DNA of 64,000 bases from Azolla caroliniana (taxonomy: Eukaryota > Plantae > Polypodiophyta): the NCBI GenBank assembly GCA_043228905.1, contig JBHGNT010000005.1, positions 15,748,001-15,812,000 on the forward strand. Direction: 5' to 3'. Shown here in pieces: positions 46,433 to 60,032 of this stretch. Position 1 is the stretch's first letter. Each line of letters starts with the position of its first letter. A model generated the notes under the pieces. The model did not search any database, was not told where the DNA came from, and was given only the letters and a program-made list of their open reading frames with translations. The translations under genes and the position numbers were made by a program.

Positions 46433-49400
46433 ATGGCCTTTGCCTACCCCCGCTTTAACGGCGAAACCGACGCTGCAACTCATATTCGCATGTTCCTGAA
46501 TGTTTGGAATGCGAACCACATGGCGCAGAATCTCTCCGAGACAGTGGCACACCAATCGAAAATGACGGAGTTCGGATTAACATTAGATGGGCGTGCGGCG
46601 TTCTGGCATTCACAGATGGACTTACCAGCCATAACAACCTTCGATCAGCTGCAGTCCGCTTTCTTGCGATTCTTCCATCGGAGGGTTCCACAATGCGAGA
46701 TTCTCGGGCAGTTTTATACAATTAAGCAACTACCGACCGAGAGGATATCGGACTTCAGCTTACGTTTCCAAAATTTACGACGGAAACTGGAACGAAGCCC
46801 TGCAGAGGAGGAGGCTCGGGAGACATTTCTGGCAGCTTTATGCCGGCCCATTCGGGCAACGCCCAACAACAATAGCGTGAAAGGGGAGGCACTGGGCTGA
46901 ACAAAGGAGGCAAGAAGACCGACCCCGGCATAAGGATCGCAACCCGTGGGAGCAGCGGTACAACCGGAATCGCCGGAATCACAACGAGTCCGAGGAGGAC
47001 GACCCAGAGGATGAGGATTATCGTGGACATCCGAGTTACGGCAAAGGGGGTCGACGCTACGAACATCAACGCCCGACAAACAAACAGGGCGGCTTCAATG
47101 GCTATGGGGGTAAGCCTCGGCAATATAGGGATCACCGGCATTACGACGAAAGCTCGGGGGATGAGCGGCACCAGGAACAACGACGGGACCAACAGTAGCC
47201 ACCGCGTACGTTCCAACAAACGAGGCCGGACTGCGAAGAGCAAGTAGCACCCGAACAGCGGCACACACCACCTGGGGCCGAGAAGGGAGAATCAAACATC
47301 CATTGTTTTATTTGTCAGCAACCCGGACATTATGCCATGCAATGCCCAACACGCAAGGGAAAGGGGCCTGCCGTCAATACGATTACGGCGGAGGTGCAAC
47401 AAGTCACGACACGCCATCAAACAAAAACGGCGGATTGGGCTGTGCAGGACGAGGTACGACGACAAGCCCAAGCCTGGGTGGAAAAAGCAAACGCGACCAA
47501 TACGGAATGTATGCGGCAGGAGTCCACGAACACAATGGAGCGAACAGAGAACGAAAGACCGGGGCCGGACCCCATTTGGCAGGTGTTAGCAGGCTATGAA
47601 ATAACGTTAACCATGGAAAAACTTCTATAGCTAGTTCCACGCTTCCGCCAGACCATGGAAGCACAGGTGGCGGGCATACCTGGGGCGAGCGTTGCCACAA
47701 ACCTGACAGACGTCAGCGATGGACCATCGGTGGTGGATCAGCACAACCCGGCTATTACAGTAATATTGCACGGACAGGAAGTTCTTAGATGCGTAATCGA
47801 TGGCGGCTCAGGCATCAATGTAATTAGCGTGAAAACTTGCGAACAGTTAGGCATTTCCAAATGGGAGGCGTGTCCATTCTGGCTCCGCATGGCAGATACC
47901 CGCTCAGTGCGACCGTTGGGGTTAATTCGCAAAATAGGCATCATCGTGGGCGGACACCACTTCGACATATCGGCGGTCGTCCTCGGTTTGGACGCCCCAG
48001 GAGCGTACCCAGTGCTTCTGGGCAGACCATGGCTTCGGACAACAAATATCAAGCAGAGTTGGCAACACGAGTGTATCAGTTTCTGGCATGAACGCACCAA
48101 GGTTCGCGTACCTATGGAAGGCAACACGCCACAACCTAAGGGTATAACACCGTTATACGCGGAGGACATAAATATACTGGCTGGGGTGGAGGATGCCGAA
48201 TTGGAAGCGTACCTTGACGAACATCCTCGGATTATTCCGCTGTTCGAAATAGATGTCATCGCAACTGCAGTAGAATATACTACGGCCACTGTTCCACACG
48301 ACGAGCCGTACGAACCAAACCTAGAGTCCGTATTGGAACTCAACAGAGCACGGGCGGCATTCGAAACGGAAATGGAGATTTCACGACGAGTCACCGCTTT
48401 CGCTCTCGAAGAAGTAAATGTGGGTACGGAATCGGAGCCCCGGTTCCTCTCCATCGCAAAGGAATTAAGGCCAGACTAGAGAATCACAATGATCGCACTA
48501 CTCACAGAATATAAAGATGTGTTCGCTTGGGCTCACGAGGACATCAAGGGGTTAGATCCCAAGTTCTATCAGCATAAGATCAATTTAGCAATTGGCGCAA
48601 AACCTGTCCAACAGCGCCGCTACCGCATGAACCCCAATTATGCGACCCGCGTGAAAGAAGAAATTGACAAGCTCCTGAGGGCGGGGTTCATACGGCCAGT
48701 TAAACAAGTGACATGGCTAAGCTGAATAGTGGTTGTCCCAAAGAAAAACGGCAAAATACGGGTATGCGTAGATTACCGAAAATTAAACGTCGTAACCATT
48801 ACGGACGCATTTCACTTACCCTTCACCGATAGCGTGATGGACGCCGTCACAGGCCATGAGATGTATAGTTTCTTAGATGGCTTCAATGACTATAACAAGT
48901 ACGCATGCACCCCGAGGACCAGGAGAAGACGCCGTTTGTCACGGACTGGGGAGTATATGTGGCGGTCGTCATGACGTTTGGGCTAAACACAACGCCGACA
49001 ACATTTCAACGAACGATTATGGAGATCTTTGGGGAATACATTCCGGCGTTCATGCAAGTTTTTCTAGACGATTTTGCGGTACATGGGCAAACAAAAGACC
49101 ATTTTACGCACTTACGTCTGTGCCTGGAACGTTGCCGCACCGCACGCTTAAGCCTGAATCCCGCGAAATGTGCCTTCAGCGTGACCAGCGGGACTCTCCT
49201 AGGCCACATAGTCAGCAAAGAGGGAATAACGGTCAACCCAAACAAGATCTCCGCGATTGCGCAAGCTAAAACTCCGACAAACGCCAAATCACTTAGCCGA
49301 TTTTTGGGACTAATACGGTGGCATAGTCGGATGATACGGTATTTGCCGGACTTCGTCACTCCACTACACACTGTTGTACATCGGACTCCTTTCCAATGGA

Positions 49401-51977
49401 CTGCAACAGAGGATAAGGCCTATAAAGCACTTAAGATAATGCTCACACAGGCCCCCGTCGTACAACCTCCAGTTTGGGCGAAGCCATTCCACGTGTTTGT
49501 CAATGCCTCGGACATAGCAATAGGAAGCGCGCTAATGCAGCTCACCGAACCAAACTGGTACCGGCCAGTATACTACGCAAGTCGTAAATTGTCAGCAGCA
49601 GAGCGTAACTATTCCACAACAGAGCGGGAGGCGTTAGGGATGATCTATAGCATCAATAAATTCCGACACTATTTATTAAGACGGAAATTCATGTTCCACG
49701 TGGATATGGCAGGCGGGCTTATGGTGGCTAACAACGCAGAAGGACACATCCGAGTATTGTAGAAAGTGTGATTTGTGCCAACGGATGGGTCAACCCGCGG
49801 AGGACGCAAGGATGCCACACCAGCCCTTATTACCGCTAGACCCCTTCCAAAAGTGGGGATTGGATTTTGTAGGGCCCTTCACACCAGCAGCGGCCCGTAC
49901 GGGCAATAAATACATATTGGTAGCCACGGATTACTGCACCAAATGGGTAGAAGCAAAGGCACTACGTGAAAATACGGCGGCCGTCACAACCAAATTTCTT
50001 TACGAGCACATCTGGTGCCGGTTCGGCTGTCCGATTGAGCTCATCAATGACCAGGGGAGCCACTTCTTCAATACGGTGGTTCGAGAACTAACACAACATT
50101 ACGCAGTAGTTCACAAGAAGAGCACGCCATATTACCCGCAGGCGAATGGATTAGCAGAATCCATGAACAAAACATTACAGAACATTTTGAAGAAAACCGT
50201 CAATGCAAATAGAACGGACTGGGATACCAAACTCCAAAGTGTGTTATGGGTGTACAGAACTAGTTACAAAACAAGCATACAATCAACATCGTTGTCGTGT
50301 GAATCTTCACACACTATGTAAAAAATAATGAAATAATTATTATAGATTAGATTAGTAGCTTACTATAGAAAGATGGATATACTCAAGAGCTTCAAAATGT
50401 ATTTTACTATATACAAAATGGAGAAATACATATCAAGTTATGAGAAAATAAAGTTTGATTAGATAGGGAAATTAGAACTATCCCACATAGATAGGAAAGT
50501 TAAGGCCCTGGCTATATAAACACCTTGAGCTCCCTCATTTTTCATTTGTGCTAAGAGCACTTTGGCCACTTTGTCTTGATGGATGATGATGGCCATATTC
50601 CCTAAAACCGGAAACCGGCCGGTAAGCAAATCCAGAAAACGGGTCTGGTAAGCAAATCCGGAAATCGGCCGGTAAGCAAATCCGGAAACCAACCGGTATG
50701 CAAAACCGGAACCGGAACCGGTTGGTAAGCAAAACCGGAACTGGAACGGGTATGCAAACCGGAACCGGCCGGCAAGCAAAACCGGAACCGGAACCGACCG
50801 GCAAGCAAAATGGAACCGGCTACCGGACGAGGTTGGACGCGGACGGACGAAAGATTGGATCATGCAACAAACTAAAGTAAAGTGAAGAGAACTAAAGTAA
50901 AGGCCATGTGGACGCAAGCAACTAAAGAAGGAGTGCATGGAAAAAGTAAAGGTCATGTGGATAGTCACATCCAACCAAAAGAAAAAGCTAGGCAACTAAA
51001 AGTAGAGGACATGCAACAAAAAGTAAAAAAGCTATGATCAAGGGAGAACTCCATATTTATTCCATTTTTTTTCTTACACTAGGACTCACTCTCCATATTA
51101 TCTAAATTTTTTTTCTTTTGTTGGGGAGCTCTCTTGTCTTATCGAAGCCAAGAACCCTAATCTTCGCTACGGAAGCTATCTCTCAAGTAAACCATAATTT
51201 CCATATGGAAGCAATCTCTCAAAATCCAAAATTCCTTGTCAAAGCCATATCACTCAAGAATCATAATCTCTTATTTCCTCTAATCTATTATTCTAATAAT
51301 CTCCATAAGATAAAACTTTTGTAATCCCAATCTTGGGATTGATTGTAATCTTTCTTTCCCTTTTATTAATGAAATTTGTTAATCTTTCTCATTTCGGTTA
51401 ATTCTTAGTATATAAATACACGAATTTGATATCCTCTAGACAAAGGCCCCGAGATCTTGCTTCAATGTTCACGTATCCTCGTCGTATTTTCGCAACACCG
51501 TTCCGACTAGCGTTTGGACTAGAGGTTGTGATGCCGGTCAAATTTCGGGTACCTAATTTGCGCATTCAGGTACGGAACCGATTATCAGAAGCCAAGTCGG
51601 AGGAGGAACGACTCTACCAACTCCTCGAACTAGGGGAAAAACACGTCCACATCATGGCTGTGTTGGAACAAGAACAACGACGACGTAAAGCGTTTGTCGA
51701 TCGACATCGGAGCGCAAGGGAAAAGGAGTTCGTCGTGGGCCGAGCGGTGCTAGTTTTTCAAACACGCATGGGCCATATGCCGAGGAAGTTACGTTTCCGC
51801 TGGACCGGTCCATACTAGATAATTGGAGTGGAACAGGGCACGTTCCAACTAGGAACGCTGGCTGGAGAAATAGTACGGCAAAAAGTGAATGGGTTTCGGC
51901 TCAAACCTTACCTGGGCCCTACGCCACCTAACCCATTCACCGCCGAATAGGACAAAACTGGAGAACCCGCAACGTAA
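46433..51977 (+). pseudogene. gag-pol pseudogene of element I
   Basis: VIDGGSG PR, FLDDF RT, RNaseH fused directly to the integrase LWW region near 49703 (deletion); integrase split by a solo LTR. Confidence 0.9.
50293..51497 (+). mobile_element. Solo LTR (1205 bp) related to the H LTR, inserted in the integrase of I
   Basis: TGTCGTG...GCAACA termini; 4-bp TSD TCGT/CCGT restores Q-S-T-P-F-R-L; start resembles the rc of the H LTR end; CCGG-rich tandem repeats at about 50604-50830. Confidence 0.88.
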
Positions 51978-52309
51978 AATGGACAGTCCCATTTGTACTA
52001 TAATGTAAAAATAGGTTGTAAATAACCGTTACGAAAAAAAGAAGAAGGAGAGAAGATAGCGACTATTAAAACGACTAAGGGCATGCACAAACTCCTAGTT
52101 CAAGAACACGCGGCACCACGATGGCTCACCGCCCAATGAACCCTAAGCCACAAAAAGAAGGAAACAAAAGATTTTCTGCACAAAGCAGAAACCCATCTTC
52201 TAGCTATCAACGCTCCCATCGCTCGTCCTCCTCACCTTCTTCCCCATCCTGTCTCAGAGCTCCAACCCACCACAACCTCCCGTCTCCTCCCCACGAACCT
52301 ACTCTGGCG

Positions 52310-55077
52310 ATGCCGATTTTCATCTCTACTGCCCTACGCCGATGGCTCGTAGAGAAACACTTGGATGGCTACATCCGGGTCGCAGAAGCACGTCCGCACC
52401 CGGACGCCATGAACATCGCCAGGAAGCTTAACATAGACACGGTCACCAACTCTTCCATTCGGAAGAAGTTGGACCTATCCTCACTAGGCGAAAGACATTT
52501 CAAAATACCTCTTGCAGAGGTGCTGCAACGGTATTTTGGACCATATTCATCCACCGCCAAGGCCTATAGAACAAAACAGATTCCGGATCCCTTCTACCGT
52601 GAAGTTGCCAAGTTCCTACTGGAAGTCGGCTGCGTCCATGTCAACGCATACAGGATGCCTAAGCAGAAGGCGGGCATCATTATCGACACCTTTGAAGGGC
52701 GTGCAGTCGACTGGGGGTTCATCACAGGGCCAGCGTTAAGGGAAGGCTTGCATGCGTACCAAGCAGGCAAAAAGCTCAGGCCAATCATCCAACAATACCT
52801 TACGGTACTATTTCCACCCCGAGGCCTGCTAGCACCGCAGCCCAGCCAACCCATGGCCCCGCCCCGATCCGCGAAACGCAGGTTAGCGGAGTTATCGGCC
52901 CCAGAGTGGGATGAGGAACCCCAACCAGCCCAGCCAGACCCAAGGACAACACCTCCTACTGACCAGCCGGACACACAGGCGAAGTAGGAGGAACAACCGA
53001 GACGCTCCATGGAAGCAGCCCCAAAACCAGACACCGAAACACGGTGGGAAAGACCTAGACCAAAACGGCACAGATTGGACAAGAAAGATGGGCGGGGGTT
53101 GGTAAAAAATGCCCCCACGGCACCGGAGGCACCGACCGAAGGCGAAGGCTCCGCAACAGCAGAACCGAATACCACCTTCGAAATCATCCGAGAGCCACGA
53201 CCGATTATTACGACTCAGTCCCAACGAGGGAAAGTCGTATTGACGACGGAAAGCGAGGTTTTGGCATATCCAGATATCCCGGATACGGCCCATGAATTCA
53301 GCGCCCTCTTGCAGTTAGGTACCTCTTTTGAGCTCATGGAGTTCCTGGCAACACAACAGGTCAAAGCCGCCCAACGAATGGCCAAGGAGCATGCGGAACG
53401 TCAGATGATCGAGTGCGCCCTAACACAAACAACGGAGAGCGACGATGAGGACCGGCTAGCCAAGGTCGGCACACAGAGGAACGCCGGGGTATGGCGAGTA
53501 GGGATGGAGATACCACCCTTAAACACGGCCCTAGTCGAAGTCCATCGGGAACTGGCAAAGGTCAGCACGGGCGCCAAGGAGATGGCCATAAAAAATAAAA
53601 TGTCTAGAAGAAGGTTAAACTGACCGAAGCCGAACTACAAAAAGCCAACGCACGCATCGCGGAGTTGGAAGCTCACGCGACTACGGTGCAACACGCAACC
53701 CCGCCACCGAACCACGTCATCGACGGTCTAAAAGAAGAAATCGAGGCTCAGACTGCCATCGCCTCAAAAGCAAAAAGGGTCGTGCAGCTAGCGGAATCCA
53801 AAATTGACCGTCTTCGAGCAGAACTACGCCAATCCTCCGACAGAGAAAAGGAGATACGGGCTAACGGACGGAAGGCCGTAAAAACTCTTAAAGAGAAACT
53901 AGGTACGGAGGTAGCTCAGCACATCCGGACAAAGGATGACAGTGCACCATTATGAGAGGACGCGAAGAGAGCGGAGGCGGCAAGCGCAGGACTTCGGACC
54001 TTATTAGAAAAAAAGAAGGTATGGTTCGATGAGCATTTGGTGATCGAACAAGACAGAAGACATCAGCTAGAAATCCACCTAAACAATGAGATGGGGAGAT
54101 TAGAAGAACAACATGCAAAGGAATCCCACCTGTGGGCGGGCCTGAAGGCCACGTATGAGGAAGTGGCAGCCATTAAACAGCAGGAATTCGCAAATCTCCA
54201 GAAGTCGATGGAAGACGCACGCAACCGCTGCCAGGTCATCACGGATAACGTGCGCATCCTTCTCCAAACAAACCGGGAAAGGTTCACAGCGCAATTGAAA
54301 ACGGCGTTGGACAAAGGATGGATGGCGTGGGCAACCCAAGCAACGAAATTGCACGCGTATCGGGCGGATTGGGCGAACCGGCGGAAAGACGGCCGAGGTT
54401 TTTATAAACTAAATGAGGAGAGCATTGCGATCGTACGGGAGGACCTAGCGCAAGACTATCGTGCGCTAGCAGACCAACACTCCGAAGAACTCGCACAGCT
54501 CTTAGATGATTTTGGTGAAAGTCAGGAGGAGCTATTTCACCAGATCACACAAGTCGGTAACACGCGCATAAACGAGGAACCCAATGTGACACCAATTCCG
54601 GTCACAGCCGAAGAAGAGGAACCTCAGGCCCGATTACTAGAGATGACAACGGGGGAGAATAGCGGGGACCAACGAGCGAAGTTCCCCATAGGATCAGACA
54701 ACGAAACCATTACCCAACAAGAGGTCCAGCCGCACGAGCCCACACCATCATCAAGCCACGCGGAAAATAGTGCGGACTAGGCGGAATCCCCACCCCACTC
54801 CCAGGAACATACAAAAACGGCCAACACTGCGGAGGACGTAACAATGGAGGTTGAGCTGCAGCCGACTGCAAGCACGCCAACGGCGGAGCCCATCCCACTA
54901 ACTCAAGAAGAGCCCACCATACTCGGACCACCCGCAAACGGCGACGGCGACTACGGGAGAAACCAAGCCGACCAAGCAGAGGAGCCGCACCATGATGCAC
55001 CTACGGGCCCTACATCAACTCTGGACGAGGACACCACAACAGAGCCGAACATCCGGGCCATTTTGGAAGAAGATTAA
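52310..55077 (+). pseudogene. Extra 3' ORF of element I (about 920 codons, disrupted; globular N-domain, coiled coil, acidic tail), function unknown
   Basis: Consecutive ORFs 52121-52987, 53009-53623 (same frame), 53665-53955, 54037-54780, 54844-55077; homologous to 60078-62807(-) and 57976-59684. Confidence 0.8.
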
Positions 55078-55105
55078 CGGGATGGGTCCATCGTGCAAAC
55101 GCACT

Positions 55106-55122
55106 GTCCCACAGGCGTGCCA
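55106..55122 (-). promoter_or_regulatory. Inverted PBS-like site (tRNA 3'-end copy) in the PPT position of element I
   Basis: Plus strand GTCCCACAGGCGTGCCA, 2 nt before the 3' LTR; minus strand TGGCACGCCTGTGGGAC. Confidence 0.75.
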
Positions 55123-57975
55123 AGTGTTGTCCGCCGGAATAGTAATCGACGGACAAAAGCGTAGGAATAAGAAACTATATAAGAGCATAACGCATGTAAC
55201 GGTTCACGCAGGAAGCGTGAACGGCTAATTAGACCCTGCATATATAAAGGGCAGAAAACCTCTTATGGAGGTGCGTGTAGTTTTGGGAATGTAAAGAACG
55301 CCTGATAATAGAATTCTATCTTCTCTCATTTTCTGTGTATAGCTGTGGCTAATTCAGTGTCGGTGTCTAGGATACTTAAGCGTGGTAGTACGTAAGTGTA
55401 ACCTTTGATAGGGATTCGGTTGTAGCCGTCTTCCCTTATACGCGGAGAGGTTATAGGGGTTCTCCCCTTACGCATTACGCTTACACCCCTGTTCGTTGTT
55501 CCACACCCACCTTGAGGTCTAGGTCGAAGGACTAACCACGGACCGTGTTCCTAAACGGCAACAGGGTTGGAGATGAAACTGAGAGATAAATTTTTTAGAG
55601 AAAGGAGCCAACAATCATATAAGGAGTGGTCCAATATGAATATGAGAGATTAATCTTGAAAGGAAGGAGCCAACAACCATGGAAGGAGTGGTCCGATATC
55701 AATATGAAAGAGATTTCTTCCCCAAGCAATGGGAGAGAGAAGAAGAAGGAAAAATAAAAACCTAAAGGGAAAAAATGGAACATATATCGAGCTCTTTGTT
55801 GATCCTCTTTCGCAATGTTACTTTGCATGTCCACTTTTAGCTGCATTGCATCTATTTTTAGTTGCATGGCCTCTACTTTTAGTTGCATGCCTTTTACTTT
55901 TAGTTGCATGGCCTTGGCTTTTAGTTCCATGCGATCGCCCGTATAATTCGGCCAAATGACCCAATCATCCATAAAGTTTAGCGTGTACGCAATCTAAACG
56001 TGCGTCGCAACCAAACCGTAGACGCATCCACGCGCAAAAGTCCCGACCGCGCAGTGTATGGAAGCACGCACGCGCGCATCCCAACCACACTGTGTACACA
56101 TCCGCGCGCTCATCCGCACACACGCATCCCACGAGGCCGTGCACGCGTACGCCCGAAACTTGGACAGGCGTGTAAGTCTGAAATGGTCCACGCCGCACAC
56201 GCGCGTCCGCACACACGCATCCCACAAGGTCGTGCACGCGTACGTCCGAAACTTGCACAGGCTTATACGTCCAAAAACGTCCACACTGCCATGCATACGT
56301 GCGTACGCCCAAAGCGTCCACACGGCCATGCACACACGCATACGTCTGAAACGTGCACACCACACAATGTAGCCCAAGTCACCTTGAACATTCTGTGCTC
56401 CACACATTGTTATAATGAATATGTTTTGGTTTCCCTTATATATCCTGGGTTCCAATGTTGTCCTATCTATGTGGGATAGCTCACATTTTTGTCTTTTCTT
56501 TTTTTATTCTTCAAACTTCACACTCACATAACTTGATATTTGTTTATCCGTTTCATGCGTAGTAAAATACGCTATGAGTTGTTGAAGACATCTATCTTTA
56601 CATATGAATACATTAAGCTAATCTTAAATAATTGTTTTACTAGTTTTTATATCGTGTGTGGACACCGGTGCTACCCTTAGAACCATTTCAAAAATGGGGG
56701 ATATATTTCGTTGGGCCATTTAAACCTCTGGCAATGAGAACCGGCAACAGATATGTCATAGTTGCCACTGATTATTGCACCAAGTGGGTAGAAGCCAAGG
56801 CTTTGCGGGACAACACTATGGCATCAACGACAAACTTCTTGTATGAGTACATTTGGTGCCGGTATGGATGCTCGATCGAATTAATTAGTGACCAAGGCAG
56901 ACATTTTCTCTGTCAAGTAGTGGTGAGCTTAACGACATTCTATGTAGTGGTACACAAGCGCAGTACCCCTTACTATCCATAGGCCAATGGATTGGCCGAA
57001 TCCACGAACGAAACGCTCTAAAACATCCTGCAAAAGATCGTCCATGAAAACCGGATCGATTGGGACACCAAGCTACATAGTGCACTATGGGCATACCAGA
57101 CAGCATACAAAACGAGTATCCGGTCAACACCATTCCAGTTAGCATTTGGGCTTGATGCAGTAATGCTAATCGAATTTCAGGCTCCGAGTTTGTGGATACT
57201 GGAGCAGCAACAAAGGAAGGCGTTTGTCGATCGGCACCGAAAGGGCAATGAGAAGATGTTTGGGATTGGCAAGGTGGTACTCGTGTTCCAGACCCGGATG
57301 GGTCAGATGCCGGGAAAGCTACGGTTCCGGTGGACCGGACCATATTGGATAACACGGGAATTCAACAGTTCATACCAGCTCAGAACGTTCGCCGGTGAGA
57401 TAATGGGCAAATGGGTCAATGGGTTCCGACTCAAACCATATTGTGGACCCATGCCACAGAATCCATTCGAGCAGCCAGAGGCTGATACAACAGTAGGAAG
57501 CAGGAAAAAAGTACTCGACAGTCAAGCGGAGCTGGCGGTACTGGATAACGACAAACAGGTGGCCGGCAACCGTGAAGAAGGGGAAAAACCGGGCTATGGA
57601 CCCGGTGCTTCCGGTTAGCTAAACTCAATTAAAAAAATTTTAAAGAAAAAAGAAAAAAAGAGAGAGAAAGGTCATCATGCAGAGGCGAGGAGCGAACGGG
57701 CACTTTGAAAAGGTGTGGTGGCTGGCTAATTAAAGCTTTTAAAGACAGGCGCACCACATGTCAACCGACTGCTATATCAATACAGGACGTGCATGCGCGG
57801 GAATCAAGAAAAGGCGCCACGAATGAAGAAAGAAAACCCACGCCACAGAGAGTCCCTTTCATTTCGCGAACACAAAGATCTCAGCATCCACTGTCGATTA
57901 CAAGTGATTAGGCGAGAGCACACAAAGCACGTAGGCGCAGCCATATTACCACAACCTACCGACTCCGAAGACGAC

Positions 57976-59684
57976 ATGGAATGCATGGTACTCTCAGAAG
58001 TGGCTAAGAAATGGTTGAAGCAACACGGTCTAGAGGGATTCTTGCGAATCGTCAAAGCACCGCCACACGGAGATGCGGAAAATGTCGTTAAAAACATCGA
58101 CACGAAGGTCATCACCGAGGAAGCCATCCGAGCCATGACCGGCAATTGACAACCCTTCGCCGAAGCTGTTGACAAGGTATTTTGGGGAATACTCCCTGGG
58201 CAGCAAGGCATACCGCATGCAAGGCAGTGAAGATCTCTTGTTTCGGGAAATTTCTTGGGTACTCCACGAATATGGCCATGTGTACCCCCGACCACCGGTG
58301 ATGCCCAAGAATAGAGCCGGTCTGATCATAGCCACCTACGAGGGAGTACAAGTGGATTGGCCAGTAATGATTGCCGACGGCCTGAGCGCTACCATCGTCT
58401 CGATAAAAGATGGCAAAAAGATGTAGACAGCAGTGGCGCAATGGCTCACTTTGTTAGCACCGCCGGTGGAGCCCATGAAACAAAGGAAGAGGGGAAGATC
58501 GACAGAAGCGACCCCCAAAGTAGCTTCAAAACGGCAGCAAGTCCTAGCTACCCAGGTGAAGGAACGGCCTAATCGGAAGCGGCTGGCAGAGAAGGAGGCA
58601 TCGGTGGACACCTCGGGGAGACCGTTGAAAATTAAGCTCCGCCTGTCAGAACAACAAGCAGACCAGCAACCGGAGAAAACGCAGGGGCAGGACCCCTTGG
58701 CGGCATTAATCAACAACAAGACCCTTGAAGAAGAACAGCAGGAAGACGAGCTGACCGAGACGCTCCTACGATGTCGCTAGACAAGAGAAAAGGGCCACAA
58801 AGGGGGAACATCAAGGCTAACGGAGGACACTAGACGGGAACCCTCCCTTGAGGAGCCGCAGCCGAGGAAGGCGGCAGAACTAGCTCAACAAGAATCGAGA
58901 ACGGACCAAGGGCTGCGGTAGGACATCACGGAACCAACGGTCTAGGACACGACAATACCGGTGAATCAAGAACCGGTCATTGAATTGTCCGCATCACCGT
59001 CGCAACAACAACCACTAGAACGGGAGTGGTTGTGTGACGTAACCATCAATAGTGGGCTAGAAACCAGTGGAAACACCATCCCATGACCAGAACCGGCACG
59101 ACTAGAAGGCACTGGCAGTCGATGACTGCGATGGGTAGCAGAACAAGCGACTGGTGTTGTCGGCCAGTTAGAAGCGGAAGAAAAAGCACAGGAAGCCCGG
59201 TTGCTAGCCACAATTGAGGAATTAGAGATGGCTCGGTCAAGAATCCGGAGCATGGAAGAAGACATAGAGAAGGCCAGAATGGACATGGCCAAGTTGGTCA
59301 TAGAAGGACCACAGCAATCAAAACCGGTGGCCCCGGTAATTCGACAGAACGATCAAACCCTGGTGACGGCGGCGGGCCTAGATACTCATGAATCGTCCGC
59401 ACAGGAGCTCGCCACACTAAGGGAAGACCTAGTCGCACAAGAAGCCTTACGTGCCAGGGAACGAGAATTGAAAAAAGCGGAGGAGAAGGAACAAAGGAGA
59501 ACGGCCGACAGCCTCCGCTGAACAGAGGAAAGCTTGCGAAGAGGGCATCAAGCGTATGATCAACTAAAAGAAGAGAAAGACAAACTCCTGCAAGAAAAAG
59601 AGAAACACCGGAGGACAGCGGAAGTGCAGATTGAGTGCCTCAAAGAAGAACTTCGGCAATAAAAAGACCGTGAGGACCGCGCTC
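57976..59684 (+). pseudogene. Extra 3' ORF of element F, truncated by K
   Basis: Shares W(L)xxHxLxG, RYFGxYS..KAYR, MPK..AG.II.T.EG..VDW motifs with the ORFs of I and K, followed by a coiled-coil region. Confidence 0.78.
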
Positions 59685-60032
59685 TGTTACCGATTAGGAA
59701 CACGGTCTATGGTCAGTCCTTCGACCTAGACCTCAAAGTGACTGTGTGACAACGAATGGTAGCATCTGTGCGTAATACTTAGTGGGATACCTCCCGTAAC
59801 CTAGTAGCATATAAGGGAGACGACTACAACTGAGCTCCTTAGACAGTGGGCTAGCGCACACACCGTTACTCATGCCTATGCTACCTCTATCAAAGGTTTT
59901 CTGCCCTTTATATATGCAAGGTCTTTTAGCCGTTCACGCTCCCCGCGTGAACCGTTTACATGCGTTACAATATTATTCTATTCCATATTACTGCGCTCTT
60001 GTCCGTCGGTTACTATTCCGGCGGACAACACC

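Larger units (their letters stand above)
45706..55563 (+). mobile_element. Full-length Ty3/gypsy element I (relative of F), internally deleted
   Basis: LTRs 45706-46144 and 55125-55563; perfect TSD GGGTT; PBS-like TGGCATGCTTGGTG 46149-46162; gag-PR-RT-RH-INT remnants; extra 3' ORF. Confidence 0.95.
35506..56664 (-). mobile_element. Ty3/gypsy element H (same lineage as G), decayed, host of element I and a solo LTR
   Basis: 3' LTR 35506-38135; 5' LTR 45515-56664 interrupted by I; Trp PBS 45490-45506; PPT rc 38136-38147; 4-bp TSD TCGG/CCGG restores host H-Q-(P)-V-L-P-L-E-P. Confidence 0.92.
22797..59684 (+). mobile_element. Ty3/gypsy element F (non-chromoviral, Athila/Tat superclade-like), split by G, H and K; 3' end outside window
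   Basis: 5' LTR 22797-23230; gag 23652-25250, PR (IVDGGSG), RT (FLDGFNGYNQI, FLDDF), RNaseH; integrase rejoins across insertions (27794|35328-35505|56665-57618); extra ORF 57976-59684. Confidence 0.9.
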
